Of a DNA stretch of 48,235 nucleotides, positions 13,561 through 26,843 are shown in pieces. The DNA comes from Octopus bimaculoides (Eukaryota): NCBI RefSeq assembly GCF_001194135.2, contig NC_068984.1, forward strand, positions 106,502,150-106,550,384. Direction: 5' to 3'. Under the pieces are notes generated by a model. That model was not told the DNA's origin. It did not search any database and was given only the letters and a program-made list of their open reading frames with translations. The stretch's first letter is position 1. Every line of letters starts with the position of its first letter. A program made the position numbers and the translations under genes.

Positions 13561-13650
13561 CCACTTGGCAACCGATGCTGGTGTGCTTACCTCCCCCGTA
13601 ACTTACCGGTTCGGCAAAAGAAGCAAACAAAATTGTTATCAGATAAACTA
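13561..13650 (+). mobile_element. SINE fragment (same family as 34392-34765, opposite strand)
   Basis: AACCGATGCTGGTGTGCTTAC..CGTAACTTACCGGTTCGGCAAAAG matches the reverse complement of TTTTGCCGAACCACTAAGTCAC..GTAAACATAC at ~34500-34540. Confidence 0.55.
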
Positions 13651-13799
13651 CTCAATCTTTTCCACAATATGCTTTAATAATCTCTATCAAACAGTATTTA
13701 TATTCGATTTTCTTTAAGTTTTTGCTTGTTATATTCTTTTCTTATTTCCTAATTTTTATCAAATTAAGAATGCTTTTAAATACTAATAAATATAATTGT

Positions 13800-14335
13800 T
13801 AAATCACGTGATCTTCTAGTCTCGGTAGCGAGATTGACAGCAATTTATCTCCCGCTAGTGATGTAAACAAGAATGCTTGTAAGCACCAAAAGGCAATACG
13901 AAAGATTCTCTCATGGTACACGATCACAGTATACTGTGTTCTAAGACAGAATGCACTTCTAAGTGGCGATCAATATTACCTTTTGGTATTAATACTGCTT
14001 CTGTCGCCACTAATTACTTTTTAGTAAGCCTGCTGGCTATACGTGGCATCAGTGCCTGCTTAGGTACTGTGATTCGATGTATATCACTAGCTGAGATATT
14101 GCTGCTATCTGTACCAGTCGGTCGTTAACCATTAACAAAACAAAGAAATACCGAAACCACGTAACTGGTAGACCTGTTGTTGGCAATGACGGTGATTTAT
14201 CTCTCGCTAGTAATGTAAACAAGAGTGTTTCTAGCCACCAAAACATCGTGCGAGAGGTTCTCTCATGATAACTATAACTGCATTCTGTGTTCTAACACAT
14301 CATCCGCTTTTAAGTGCGATAAATTTTACTAATAA
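13800..14335. repeat. Diverged direct repeat, period ~352 bp (about 1.5 units)
   Basis: 13836 GACAGCAATTTATCTCCCGCTAGTGATGTAAACAAGAATG..CACCAAAA..TTCTCTCATG..CTGTGTTCTAA aligns with 14188 GACGGTGATTTATCTCTCGCTAGTAATGTAAACAAGAGTG..CACCAAAA..TTCTCTCATG..CTGTGTTCTAA; roughly 70-75% identity by eye. Confidence 0.75.
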
Positions 14336-15034
14336 ATATATCTTCTATATTATCCCAGTGTTTATCTTTTTTGTTGGTTCATCTATATTCTCCTCCATTA
14401 ATAAATTAACACTACATAATTGTATATGATTTTCAATGTCTAAATTAGAACGACTCTTTAGGTTACTTTTATAATAAATTTAATTCTATTAATATTGATG
14501 TACGTTTATAATGTAATGAAATGTATTTAGGAGTGTTCAGACATAGGTTTCTCTCTCTCTTTTTCTCACACTTTCTAATGAGAAATTGTTTAAAGATATT
14601 TAGTCACACCATTTTATATAAGTTTCATTAATATAAGGTAATTAAATATATAACCAGCAATTATTGTGAAATCGTCAGGGATGTACAATTTTTATAACAT
14701 TGAATTGAAAAGATGACAAAATTCACCATCGTCTAGATTGCTAGGGCAGTCGGTTATTACGCTGGAAAATTCTCAGAACACTGCTTCATAAGTAGTTGCA
14801 TTCTATAGCTTGACTATCCTCCAAAGCCTCAACTATGGAAGCAAGTCAAATTATGAGTCACATTACCGTTGCAATTTTCGTGTTCCAATTTGGATTTGAG
14901 ATCAGCTTTGAGAGAATTCGGCAATCGGAAGATCTCACATGCTGCCACTTGCGACTGTGAGGGATATCTCTGCATGCTTTTCTACATTCCCTCTACCATT
15001 CGTCCCTTTTGTGTCTGACACGTAGATTGTATAG

Positions 15035-15070
<36 letters not shown>

Positions 15071-16019
15071 NNNNNNNNNNNNNNNNNNNNNNNNNNNNNN
15101 NNNNNNNNNNNNNNNNNNNNNNNNNNNNNNNNNNNNNNNNNNNNNNNNNNNNNNNNNNNNNNNNNNNNNNNNNNNNNNNNNNNNNNNNNNNNNNNNNNNN
15201 NNNNNNNNNNNNNNNNNNNNNNNNNNNNNNNNNNNNNNNNNNNNNNNNNNNNNNNNNNNNNNNNNNNNNNNNNNNNNNNNNNNNNNNNNNNNNNNNNNNN
15301 NNNNNNNNNNNNNNNNNNNNNNNNNNNNNNNNNNNNNNNNNNNNNNNNNNNNNNNNNNNNNNNNNNNNNNNNNNNNNNNNNNNNNNNNNNNNNNNNNNNN
15401 NNNNNNNNNNNNNNNNNNNNNNNNNNNNNNNNNNNNNNNNNNNNNNNNNNNNNNNNNNNNNNNNNNNNNNNNNNNNNNNNNNNNNNNNNNNNNNNNNNNN
15501 NNNNNNNNNNNNNNNNNNNNNNNNNNNNNNNNNNNNNNNNNNNNNNNNNNNNNNNNNNNNNNNNNNNNNNNNNNNNNNNNNNNNNNNNNNNNNNNNNNNN
15601 NNNNNNNNNNNNNNNNNNNNNNNNNNNNNNNNNNNNNNNNNNNNNNNNNNNNNNNNNNNNNNNNNNNNNNNNNNNNNNNNNNNNNNNNNNNNNNNNNNNN
15701 NNNNNNNNNNNNNNNNNNNNNNNNNNNNNNNNNNNNNNNNNNNNNNNNNNNNNNNNNNNNNNNNNNNNNNNNNNNNNNNNNNNNNNNNNNNNNNNNNNNN
15801 NNNNNNNNNNNNNNNNNNNNNNNNNNNNNNNNNNNNNNNNNNNNNNNNNNNNNNNNNNNNNNNNNNNNNNNNNNNNNNNNNNNNNNNNNNNNNNNNNNNN
15901 NNNNNNNNNNNNNNNNNNNNNNNNNNNNNNNNNNNNNNNNNNNNNNNNNNNNNNNNNNNNNNNNNNNNNNNNNNNNNNNNNNNNNNNNNNNNNNNNNNNN
16001 CACACACAATGTCTGTATA

Positions 16020-16425
16020 TACATGTATTTCTTGCAGAGGTATCATTATCAGACACAAATCAGAAGCTATTGCGTTTGAGGTAGAAGTCATATGCAAAGT
16101 GCAGAAACTTGTATCCGACAAAAAAGCTATATTGGGACTGACAGGAGACTCCTTCGAGCAAATCCTACACAACCACACTGCACCATTCAGGAAATATTTG
16201 AATCCGTACATCACTACGCTGGTCAAGCACATATTGTAACTGAAAGAAAAAAAATACGAAGACATCAGTTGGAGGTTTTTAGTGAAATACAGCCTTTACT
16301 CCAATAATCCCCGAGGAAATGGATTGTGCTTAGAGAAGAGACAGATACTTAATAGATTTTTCACGTCCAAGAAATACCTAAATGTCAGATTGAGGACTTT
16401 TGCATTTTGTTTATATGAGCTAAAT
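16020..16425 (+). pseudogene. Penelope-like element GIY-YIG endonuclease remnant
   Basis: Frameshifted KSYIG/LTGDSFEQILHNHTAPFR..LVKHIL*LKEKKYEDISWRFL..YSNNPRGNGLCLEK resembles the PLE endonuclease pattern YIGxTxxxFKxRxxNHxxSF..LSKHIWxLK..IxW..YSN..CxLCLxEK. Confidence 0.6.
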
Positions 16426-18699
16426 TAGATTTTCAAACACTGGTCTCAATTACCACAGAAGTGTCAATACAAAACTTTATTCTTATCTCCACGGGTTCTC
16501 GTTGTCAGTACTCCATACACTCCTCTATTCCTTTATTCCTTAATACTTTTCTCTGTTAACCACATCCTTCTTTTCATTTCGTTCTTTTTCCACCTCCCTT
16601 TCCCTTTCTGTCCTTCTAGCATTGTCTTTTCTTCTCCTTCCATATGTAACCTTCCTCCCTTTAAACACAACTTTCTAGCCTCTATCAATATGTTAGTTGT
16701 ATGCACTTCAACTCTATCCAGATTTGTCCTCTTGCCAGGAAAATAACTCATCGATCCTCACCTGTGTGCAACTCCCACTACGCTATTATAATTTAATAAT
16801 TATATGTTGCTTTTCAAAAACTGTTATATACCTGTCCAAAAGGAATGGAGCGAATTTGTCCTTCAGCAGCTATATTTGCTGTTTTCTGAGAGCGTAAGTC
16901 TGCCGATCCTACGTGAAAATCGAAGTGAGTAATAATTTCTTACTACGAAAGTCATATATTGTGCATGTACATATATACATGTGTGTGTATGTGTGTATAC
17001 GTATATACATACATGCACATATATATGTATGTATGCATATATGTGTGAGTCTAGATGTGTATGNNNNNNNNNNNNNNNNNNNNNNNNNNNNNNNNNNNNN
17101 NNNNNNNNNNNNNNNNNNNNNNNNNNNNNNNNNNNNNNNNNNNNNNNNNNNNNNNNNNNNNNNNNNNNNNNNNNNNNNNNNNNNNNNNNNNNNNNNNNNN
17201 NNNNNNNNNNNNNNNNNNNNNNNNNNNNNNNNNNNNNNNNNNNNNNNNNNNNNNNNNNNNNNNNNNNNNNNNNNNNNNNNNNNNNNNNNNNNNNNNNNNN
17301 NNNNNNNNNNNNNNNNNNNNNNNNNNNNNNNNNNNNNNNNNNNNNNNNNNNNNNNNNNNNNNNNNNNNNNNNNNNNNNNNNNNNNNNNNNNNNNNNNNNN
17401 NNNNNNNNNNNNNNNNNNNNNNNNNNNNNNNNNNNNNNNNNNNNNNNNNNNNNNNNNNNNNNNNNNNNNNNNNNNNNNNNNNNNNNNNNNNNNNNNNNNN
17501 NNNNNNNNNNNNNNATATATAAATATTTACACACATATATATACATGTGCGTATATATACATATATATGTGGGAGAACATATATAAATATATTTGTATAA
17601 TTGTGTATATATAAAAGCATATATATGTATATGTATATGTATGTGTACGTGTATATATTTTAAAATGCACGTGTGTATATGTTTATCTATCTATCTATCT
17701 GTCTATCTATTTAGGTTTATATATAACATATATATGTATGTTTGAAAATAAGTCTACAGTTGTGTATGAATATGTCAGTCTATCTATATCTCTGTCCCTC
17801 TTTCGGTCACTCTATAGAAATATGTGTGTGTGTGGTGGGGGTGGGGGGTGTGCATACGCGTGTGTGTGTTATACACAGCAATATTCTGATGGTCAGTTAA
17901 ATGGGCGTATGTATAATCAATTCAGTCTCTGAATGCTTGTATACGGATATACGTCTGTATGCTTTCAACGCTTGATTGACGTATTAGTTGTATATAGAAT
18001 TGATCATTAACTTCCTACTTAAAATCACATTCAGTACTGCATGTAGTCATACGCGTTTAGTTATAGTTATTTTGTTTTCCTATTCTCTTTGATATTGCAT
18101 ATGTACGATCAGATATTTCGAGTTTCCCGATGTACGGAATAGAGCTAAATATAGTTGGCGTGTGTTTCCTTTAGCTAACACTGTTGCTATCACTTCTTCT
18201 CATGAGTATCACTGAATCAACAGAAAACGATTGCAGTCTATCTTCCTTTGATTTACTCTACGGAAGCAGAATCCTCAGTGGTTTCCAAATTCCTAATGAA
18301 ATACAGAACAATATTTTTATTTTATTTTTGTACTTGTAATTATATTTGCGTCTAGAAAATTCTTTTAGTGGCAATAGACTTGAATCCTTTTATTTATATT
18401 TTATTTTTAATCAGAAACTAAGTTTCGGTTAAGCTAAATTGGGGAAAACGATTTGTAATAGCATTGCAAGTTATTAAACTAGAATCAGTTCGAATAGATA
18501 ATTTACTATCGAACAAGAGAGAATCCTAAAGAATAATTGATTTCTTCCTTGGTGACACGGGGTAATCATGATTATTGTACAGCAAAGTGAGAGCTTCAAC
18601 ACCTGAGCAAATAGAAAGTGAGTGAAGGAACGGTAATGAGAAAACGGGAGAGAAAGAGAACACGGATAGATAGATTGATAGATAGATAGAGAAGTGGAG

Positions 18700-18704
<5 letters not shown>

Positions 18705-18762
<58 letters not shown>
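18705..18762. repeat. (AG)n microsatellite
   Basis: Direct reading. Confidence 0.98.
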
Positions 18763-18766
<4 letters not shown>

Positions 18767-20040
18767 GTGAGTGAGAAGTTATAAAAGACATAGATATATT
18801 AAAATAAGTTTAGGGAAGTGAAATAAAAATGGCTGGGCAAACGACAAGAAGGAGAGAGAGAAGCGATATATAGAACATATCGAAACTAGTGAAAGGTATA
18901 AGAAGAATGAGGAATAGGAAGGGAGTGAATGAATGGATGCTAAGTAAAACAGAAAGGAAAATAATCAGAGAGCGAGAGTGAGAGAGTCAAAGAAAGTGAC
19001 TGAGAGAGATTTTCGCTATCTACAGAGAAGGCAAGAAATTGTAAAATATCGTTAACTTTCTAGTAAATTTGCTGTAATGCCGTAACGTAATGCAATAACA
19101 ATTTCAGTTTCGTGTTTCTCTCTTTGATGTAATAAAATCTGTCAAATGAAGGTTACTAAGATCGATTAAGTTTATAGACTAATACCCGAGAATGTCCATA
19201 TCGCAAAGCAGCCAAGCAGCTTGCGGTCTTTCTCTGTAAATCCATTGCTGACAGAGACAACAATACAGTGCTTTCTTCTCGCAATAACGTAGGACGATCA
19301 ATGTCATGAATATGTAGAATTTTGTACTGGTAGATACAGAGCAGTTCAAATGAATTGACAGTCTTTTTCCAACCCCTATCCTTGGAATACCATCTGTCTT
19401 CATTTCCCTTCACCTTTCTTTTGAAGTGAATAAATTCTACTTGCAAAGGAGTCATTGTCTTGTAAGAGTTATTATCGTGTTGGACGATAATGTGAGCATA
19501 ATTCGTTTTGAACCTAATGTTAATAGTATCATGGCTTAAAACAAAAATGCATACTTATATCATATTTAAGGAATATATCATAAAGAGTTATATCTTATAA
19601 TACTGCTACTGATTATTTGATAATGACTTAATTAACAGCCAATTATAATGGTCTTGGGAGTTACGAAATCGTCAAGGAATGTATTAACACATGTTGCTGG
19701 AAATTGTATATAAAACTGTAAGTGAATAAAAATTGGGTAAAACCTCTCCTAAATTTGACATACGTTTAAGAGGCATTGATTCAAAAGGTATCTCTGGCAA
19801 TAGAAAATATTGATAATTGAATATAAATTAACAGTCAAATATTGAGGAAGTAATCTACCCGAAGTAACCGCCACAGCATTTCTGGTCTTATAACTGAAAC
19901 CATTAGTAATATTTAAAAATGGCAGCCATCATTTTCCACGGGAAAAGAAACCTAAAAGATTTATTCTATATTAGATATAAATATTTGATTGATAACGCAC
20001 ATCAAAACCCAAATGGGAAAATAAAAATGTAAACAAAATG

Positions 20041-20246
20041 ATTCCTTCAAATTTCGACACAAGTGTTGAAGAGCGGGGTAAGTCGATTATATATCAACTT
20101 CAGTACTTGACTCGTACTTTATTTTATCAAAAAGACGAAAGGCAAGGTTTTCCTGGGCAGGATTTGATCTCAGAATGTAAAGAGCTGAATGAAATGCTGC
20201 TAAGCGTATATTCCTAAGCGATAACGACTATACCAACTCAGCGCCT
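20041..20246 (-). mobile_element. tRNA-derived SINE (family 1)
   Basis: AAGTCGATTA..CAGTACTTGACTCGTACTTTATTTTATC..GAAAGGCAAGG..GATTTGATCTCAGAATGTAAAG..ACCAACTCAGCGCCTT. Confidence 0.65.
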
Positions 20247-21606
20247 TTAGATTAAACAAAATGATAAAAATAGTGATGTGTTTGCTGGGTCAATCTTCTC
20301 CTTTCCATTGAAATTCAATACTCACACTGCTTGAAAATCAATGCCTTTTATTCTGTTTTATAGCAGAATACCGAAACTTAGACATTGTATCTATTATTAT
20401 TAGGAGGACTTCCATGTCACTGAATAATCGTTTTTGTCTTTAATTCTCTTTTGCTAGATTCATTGCAATAATGTCCATGAATTGCCTCTACAATTAAGTT
20501 TTGTGAGAAAGATAAAAACCAGAGAATAATCAGTGATAACATGAATAAATTCTGTGTGAAAAGAAACCCAGTCCGAAATAACCGACAATGAATTTACAAA
20601 TAAATAAATGAATAGGCAAATAAACAATAAGAAAATATAACAATATGCACATAGTTTATACTGAATCGTTTATATTGAAATTGCTATGTATCTACCAATG
20701 CAAATACATAGCATTTATATTGAATCGCTATGTATCTAGCAATACAGAAATATTACTGGGAGAAGTACACAGAAACGTTCTCTGCGTAACCAAAACAAAC
20801 ACTAAAGTGGACACTAACATACTCAGTGTAGAACACCATGAAATTAATGAAAATGTCTTGCCTTACTACAAGTGCTTACATTACTAATGTTTGTATTGAT
20901 TTTTTTTTTATTAAGCTCGTAGTTAACAGATCAACATTTGTAGGAAAATCGATTGAATAGGTCTGATATATTATAGATAGCTAATTCATTGATGACTAAA
21001 ACATTTGAACATGAATCAGACAAAATAATGGAAGTCATTTAGTCCGTCCCGTCATCCCGGTTACTTATTTTATTAATTACATATGATTTAGTAAATCATT
21101 CATTCCTCTGTTATAATCACGAAACTTGGAACGAGAGCTGAGTAATAAAGCAAACTCTTTTGTTGTCAACGAAGCATTCTAGACAATAAACTGTATAGCT
21201 TAAATCAGATGGTATGATATTTTACAGGCATAAACGTTAATTTTAAGATTAAAATCAGCATAAATACTCAGTGTACTACTTATTAAACTTTAAGTCACCA
21301 CTGTTGATTTTCTTTATATGTAAATTACTTATTTCTCTATGCTAAATTTTGTGAAGTGACATTGATCTATCGGATGATATACAGTTTTTGAATCATGTAA
21401 ATATCTCACGGGAAATTTTAGCGGAACGATTCTTCATAGCTGAAAACCAAAAGGAATTCGATTAATCAGTTTAGAGATTGTATCAAAATTCCATTTTGAT
21501 CTAAAAAAAACAAGAATAAACTAATCTTTGTTCTAACATTATTGCATTATTTTTGTATATAATACATAATGTATTTTTGAAGTTACATTTTAGATTTACA
21601 GGTACC

Positions 21607-21684
<78 letters not shown>
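21607..21684. repeat. (TATC)n microsatellite
   Basis: Direct reading; a similar tract lies at ~28765-28822. Confidence 0.98.
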
Positions 21685-23100
21685 GAGCAATTTGTTTGCC
21701 CGTCTGTCGATCTATCACTCTTCCCTTCTCTCTTCATACATACATACATACATACATTATATACAAATAATATAAACAGTACCTTAATTACATATACGCA
21801 TCATAAAAAAGTAAATCGAATAGATTTAACAAATGACTGAAACTACCCATATATATTTTAGTGATAAGTTCTGTTTAACCAATATTTTTGGTAAAAAGAG
21901 ATCCTCTTGTAGTTCCTACCCATATGAACGCTAATAGTGTGCGCACAAATAAACACACTCGCTTTCTCTCACACACACTCTCACACAGCTAATTTTCTTC
22001 TGTACGTACGCGTGCAAGCGTGAATGTGTCTCGAGCTAGTAGTGTCGGTTTAAACATCTCTCTCACTCTTTCTCCCATTATCGGGAATGCTCTTCTACCA
22101 TATTCTTTTCACAAAATGTTAGATTGTTTACGCCACAGGAATTTACCGTTAGTATTTCTATATAAGAGATCATATAGGTCCTTGTGTATGTTTAAAATGA
22201 GAATACTGCTAACTGGATGTTACTCTGTCCACCATTTTTGAGAGAGCTGTCATGATTAGTTTCCGTGATAAAAATTGAAATCTTCAAATATACTCAGCAG
22301 TAGGAACTTTCGACATATAATTTGTTATATTATAAAATACTTTATATATCGATCGATATTATTTTTTTTATTTCATATCATTTTTGTTTTCTGTTCGGAT
22401 ATTTCAGAAACGAAGTGGCTATATTTTAAACTTGATTTTTGAGCCAATTTGCGATTGCTTTACATTTATTATTGTGTTGACAACATTTTATTTAAAACAA
22501 TTACAAAAATTGAATTTAAATTAGCTATCCGTACTTTATATGTGTTTAGTTATTTCTATTTATTGTTTGTGATTTATAAATTGAATGAATTTAATTAGAA
22601 ATGTTTGGAACATAAAATAAAATAATACTAATTTCAGTTAATTGTTTTCTCATATTAGTCTTTAACTGAAGGCACTGAAACTGCTCATATGTACCTTGGT
22701 TGTTTGTATAAAACAATGTAGTTTATGTCTTCGTATAGTGCAGCATATTTTGTCTCGTAATTGTTAGTCGTTAATTGCAAACTATGTTAGGTAAAATCTA
22801 ATGTCGATATATTGGTATTTGTAAACGTAAATTATATACTACTTGTGCATTGAACCTATATACATAATTTTAATTCGCCGTCTCCTTTTTGTATTTTCCA
22901 CAGATGCCATGAGACCTAAAATACTCGCATATGCTATAAAGATGTCTTTTGATGTGTTCGTGGCGAGTACTCTCTCTCTAGGTTTTTAGGCGGGCTATTT
23001 AAGCTAGTCGTGTGCATACGTGCATATATATGTATGTATACGTCCGTATATGTAAGTATACTGTTTATATACATGTACTTGTATTTATGTACTTGAGTAT

Positions 23101-23162
23101 ATTCCACTGATGAAGGAAGAGCATTATTATTTATGCAAAGCCAGAAATCCAGGATTTGGAAT
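23101..23162 (+). ncRNA. Type I hammerhead ribozyme candidate with canonical core
   Basis: Stem I ATTCCA(23101-06)/TGGAAT(23157-62); core CTGATGA(23107-13); stem II GG..GCAT/ATGC..CC; GAAA(23144-47); stem III ATC-CAG-GAT; NUH triplet ATT(23154-56) in exact register. Confidence 0.6.
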
Positions 23163-23571
23163 TATCTTATTATTTTTACTGGTTTATTTGGTCTTCGTCT
23201 TCGCTACTCGTGCCATGCGGACATTTATTGTGGTTTTAGAGTCAGGATTTGACTGCTATATTTTCAGCGTGGTGGTNNNNNNNNNNNNNNNNNNNNNNNN
23301 NNNNNNNNNNNNNNNNNNNNNNNNNNNNNNNNNNNNNNNNNNNNNNNNNNNNNNNNNNNNNNNNNNNNNNNNNNNNNNNNNNNNNNNNNNNNNNNNNNNN
23401 NNNNNNNNNNNNNNNNNNNNNNNNNNNNNNNNNNNNNNNNNNNNNNNNNNNNNNNNNNNNNNNNNNNNNNNNTATATATATATATATATATCATTAGAAA
23501 GATCCAAACAGAGCGAGAAGCCATGTAAGGGACTATGAAGAGAAGGAGAAATTAAGATGAATGAAATGAAT

Positions 23572-23835
23572 TTACTTTAGATTTCCCTTAACTTGAATAA
23601 TTACTTCAATGCGCCTGAGAAGAGATGCGTACAAATACTTCAGCATCTTCACAGGTATGAGATGCCATTCTCTTTGGCTGAGCTCCCACAACTCTTCAAG
23701 ATTGCATGGGTTCTTCAGACGAACTCCTCTCTTTAGTTCTGTCCATATTTGTTCGATGATCTTTAAGTCAGAGCTCTGAGCTGGCCAATCTTTCAATACG
23801 GTAACATCGTCATCAGCCAGATTCTGCATCCCCAA
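23572..23835 (-). pseudogene. Tc1-family transposase C-terminal fragment
   Basis: DWPAQSSDLKIIEQIWTELKR..NPCNLEELWE..EW..IP...LYASLLRRIEVIIQVKG corresponds to the WPxxSPDLNPIE DD34E region. Confidence 0.85.
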
Positions 23836-24002
23836 AGCATCAGATCCTTACCACGAAACTTGAATAGGTAACTTGAATAGTGCCAAATACAAACAGCGCT
23901 GAAGCACAATTTGATACATACCAGACTTGGATGAAGGCGGGATATTTCAGCATGACTGAGTTCTATGCTACAGATCGCGTGCGACACAACAACGTCTTTA
24001 TA

Positions 24003-24290
24003 GAGAACTAAAGAGAAGAGTTCATCAGAAGAATCCACGCAATATTGAAGAGCTGTGGGAGCTAAGTCAGTGAAAATGGCATCTCTTACCTGTGAAAGTG
24101 GGGAAGGATTTGTACGCATCTCTTCCCAGGCGCATTGAAGCAATTATTAAAGCTAACGGAAGCCACACGAAATATTAGCAAAGTACAGTAACTTCTTGGA
24201 CATTATGTAATAAATGTTCAGCATAGACATTTCTCTGTTTTAAGACACTTGGTTTATGTGAGGTGGCTGAAAACTTTTGCACGGGTATTT
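24003..24290 (+). mobile_element. Tc1-family 3' fragment with right TIR remnant (inverted relative to 23572-23835)
   Basis: KNPRNIEELWELSQ*KWHLLPVK...LYASLPRRIEAIIKANGSHTKY*, then TIR-like GGTGGCTGAAAACTTTTGCACGG at 24262-24284. Confidence 0.8.
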
Positions 24291-24457
24291 CTGGTGGTCG
24301 TCTCGCATGTTTCTCTCTCATTAAAAACTCCTACCACAAACTATAATGCTTAAGAATGGAAATGACTCCAACAGGGCCAATGTTCCATCTGTAAAAAACG
24401 CAGTGTGAAACATCCACTTGAAAGTTGGCAATTAATAGAAATTTACAATAGTTTAAA

Positions 24458-24486
24458 GTGACCAAATACTTTTGCACAATACTGTA
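24458..24486 (+). mobile_element. Orphan Tc1-type terminal inverted repeat plus TA
   Basis: GTGACCAAATACTTTTGCACAATACTG-TA resembles a Tc1 right end (reverse complement CAGTATTGTGCAAAAGTA). Confidence 0.45.
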
Positions 24487-25765
24487 CAATTTGATACAAG
24501 ATTATTTAATGGTTTTCTATAAACGCTCAACAGTCTTAGTCTTAAAAACACTGTGAAATAAATTTTGACATATATATCTTGCTTAAAACTTTTGTCATTA
24601 TTAAGCTAGTGTTTGGAACATAAATTAACATGAAATTTTTATAGATTTCAATTTAGATAATTGCAAAATTGTAAGCTTGTGTTTTAGAACACCAGGCGCT
24701 TCCAGGCGAGTTGGTATCTTACTACCTACTTCATCTCTTCATAGTATCAAAGTTCCAGTCTCTCCCACAGAAATCAACGTCAATGTATTATTCATGAATA
24801 CGCATTTCCTATAACATTAACCATTAAACCTCAATCAGATGAGTGTAATAAATTATTACAGAGACAGATTCACATGAGCGCGTACGTATACGCTCATACT
24901 ATAGTACGAATGAACACGTGCGTGTATACACGTACACGCGCGTACATACAGTTTTACTTCATCAAGGAATCTGTTTCTATGACATTGCTGTGTGAATTCC
25001 CAGTGCTCTTCATTTTACCCGGATATGGAGAAACACACACAAAACACATACACGCACACGTATATATATGTATATGTATGTATGTATAGATATATATGTA
25101 TGTATGTATATACATATATTTATATACACATATACATATACATTTTTGTATATACATATATATATTTGTATAGCAGCTAGTAACATTCTTTTGTAAACCC
25201 TTAAAAAAATTCATTACAAAACAGCTGACACTGCCAATAACCAAGTTTTTAAATACCGGACTAAACTTCGATCTTCAAATTATGAAAGCAAATGATTAAA
25301 TCCAATAAAACCAACTATATCTAAAACTACTGTCACTTCCTAGTCCTACCTACATTTTATAAAACCGCTGAAACAACAATCTTATGAACTAAAGGGAAAC
25401 GCACCTAAACATACACAACTGCTTACAAAGTTCTACATGCATGAAAGGTTTCTAAACAATAACTAATCCCAAATTTAATCAATAACAAGTTTTCCGAAAC
25501 CCGTTTCCATCACAAAACGAACTACAAAGTAATTACCACTCTACTCAATGCCTAAGGAAGATTTTTAATTGAAAAGAGAGGATAGAAAGCCCAGATTGAG
25601 TTCAATGCATCGCAGTTCGACAATGGCTCAGTTGGACGAAACTTAGAAGTCACTGTCAGTAGTATTCTTGTCTAAGAATGATAAATTTGTACTCTACGAA
25701 AGTATAAAGTAACCCATCAGATTAATTTACTGAAGATAAAAAGCAAACATTAATACACACGCGCG

Positions 25766-25838
<73 letters not shown>

Positions 25839-25998
25839 NNNNNNNNNNNNNNNNNNNNNNNNNNNNNNNNNNNNNNNNNNNNNNNNNNNNNNNNNNNNNN
25901 NNNNNNNNNNNNNNNNNNNNNNNNNNNNNNNNNNNNNNNNNNNNNNNNNNNNNNNNNNNNNNNNNNNNNNNNNNNNNNNNNNNNNNNNNNNNNNNNNN

Positions 25999-26290
25999 AC
26001 TTTTGGGTCTCTTCGAGTACATCAACATAAAGTTTTACGAGAGATTTTCTGATTCGATTTTGCGCACCGCTATGTGTCCATCAACTTCGAGAGTAATTAA
26101 AAAATAGAGAAAAATTGAAACGCAAAAAAATTCAAATATGAACATGAAAATTATACATTCTAGTTTAGAGAAAATGACGTAATGAGCCTTCGCTGTTGTA
26201 ACTGTTAAGAGAAAGAAAAGGATGTAGAAGTTGAAAGGAAGATTATACTTAGACGAAAATTCTTTTCTGTGTTCGTGCTTAGATGCACAT

Positions 26291-26355
<65 letters not shown>

Positions 26356-26679
26356 CGCACATATACATACACGCTCACACACGCACATCTAAGCATATGG
26401 GTATATAGATAAAACTAGATACACGCGCATACGCACACGTAAGGACGAATACATACAGAAATATGCATAGAAACTCATATATGCAGGTACATACGCGTAT
26501 ATATACATACATATACATACATAGCATATGTAAATATGTGCATATATTCGTACATAAAGCAAAATACAGACGTATATATGTATGTATTCGTCCATACGTG
26601 TGCGTATGCACGTGTATTTAGTTTTATGTATATACCCATATACTTGAAAGTCCGTGTGTGAGCGTGTATGCATATGTGC

Positions 26680-26723
<44 letters not shown>

Positions 26724-26807
26724 NNNNNNNNNNNNNNNNNNNNNNNNNNNNNNNNNNNNNNNNNNNNNNNNNNNNNNNNNNNNNNNNNNNTGTGTGTGTG
26801 TGTGTGT

Positions 26808-26843
<36 letters not shown>

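Noticed and set aside
16880-16930. CTGAGA-stem-GAAA motif
   Set aside because: Position 7 is missing and there is no stem I.
18176-18340. Acceptor-like site followed by a signal-peptide-like frame (LTLLLSLLLMSITES..)
   Set aside because: No convincing donor, no recognisable homology, and hydrophobic frames are common in T-rich DNA.
22885-22990. Strong acceptor TTTTGTATTTTCCACAG followed by a short open frame (MRPKILAYAIK..)
   Set aside because: No canonical donor and the frame stops after about 28 codons; unsupported without RNA data.
24828-24880. CAGATGA + 7-bp hairpin + GAGAC hammerhead-like motif
   Set aside because: Two core substitutions and poor stems I and III; AT-rich hairpins arise easily by chance.
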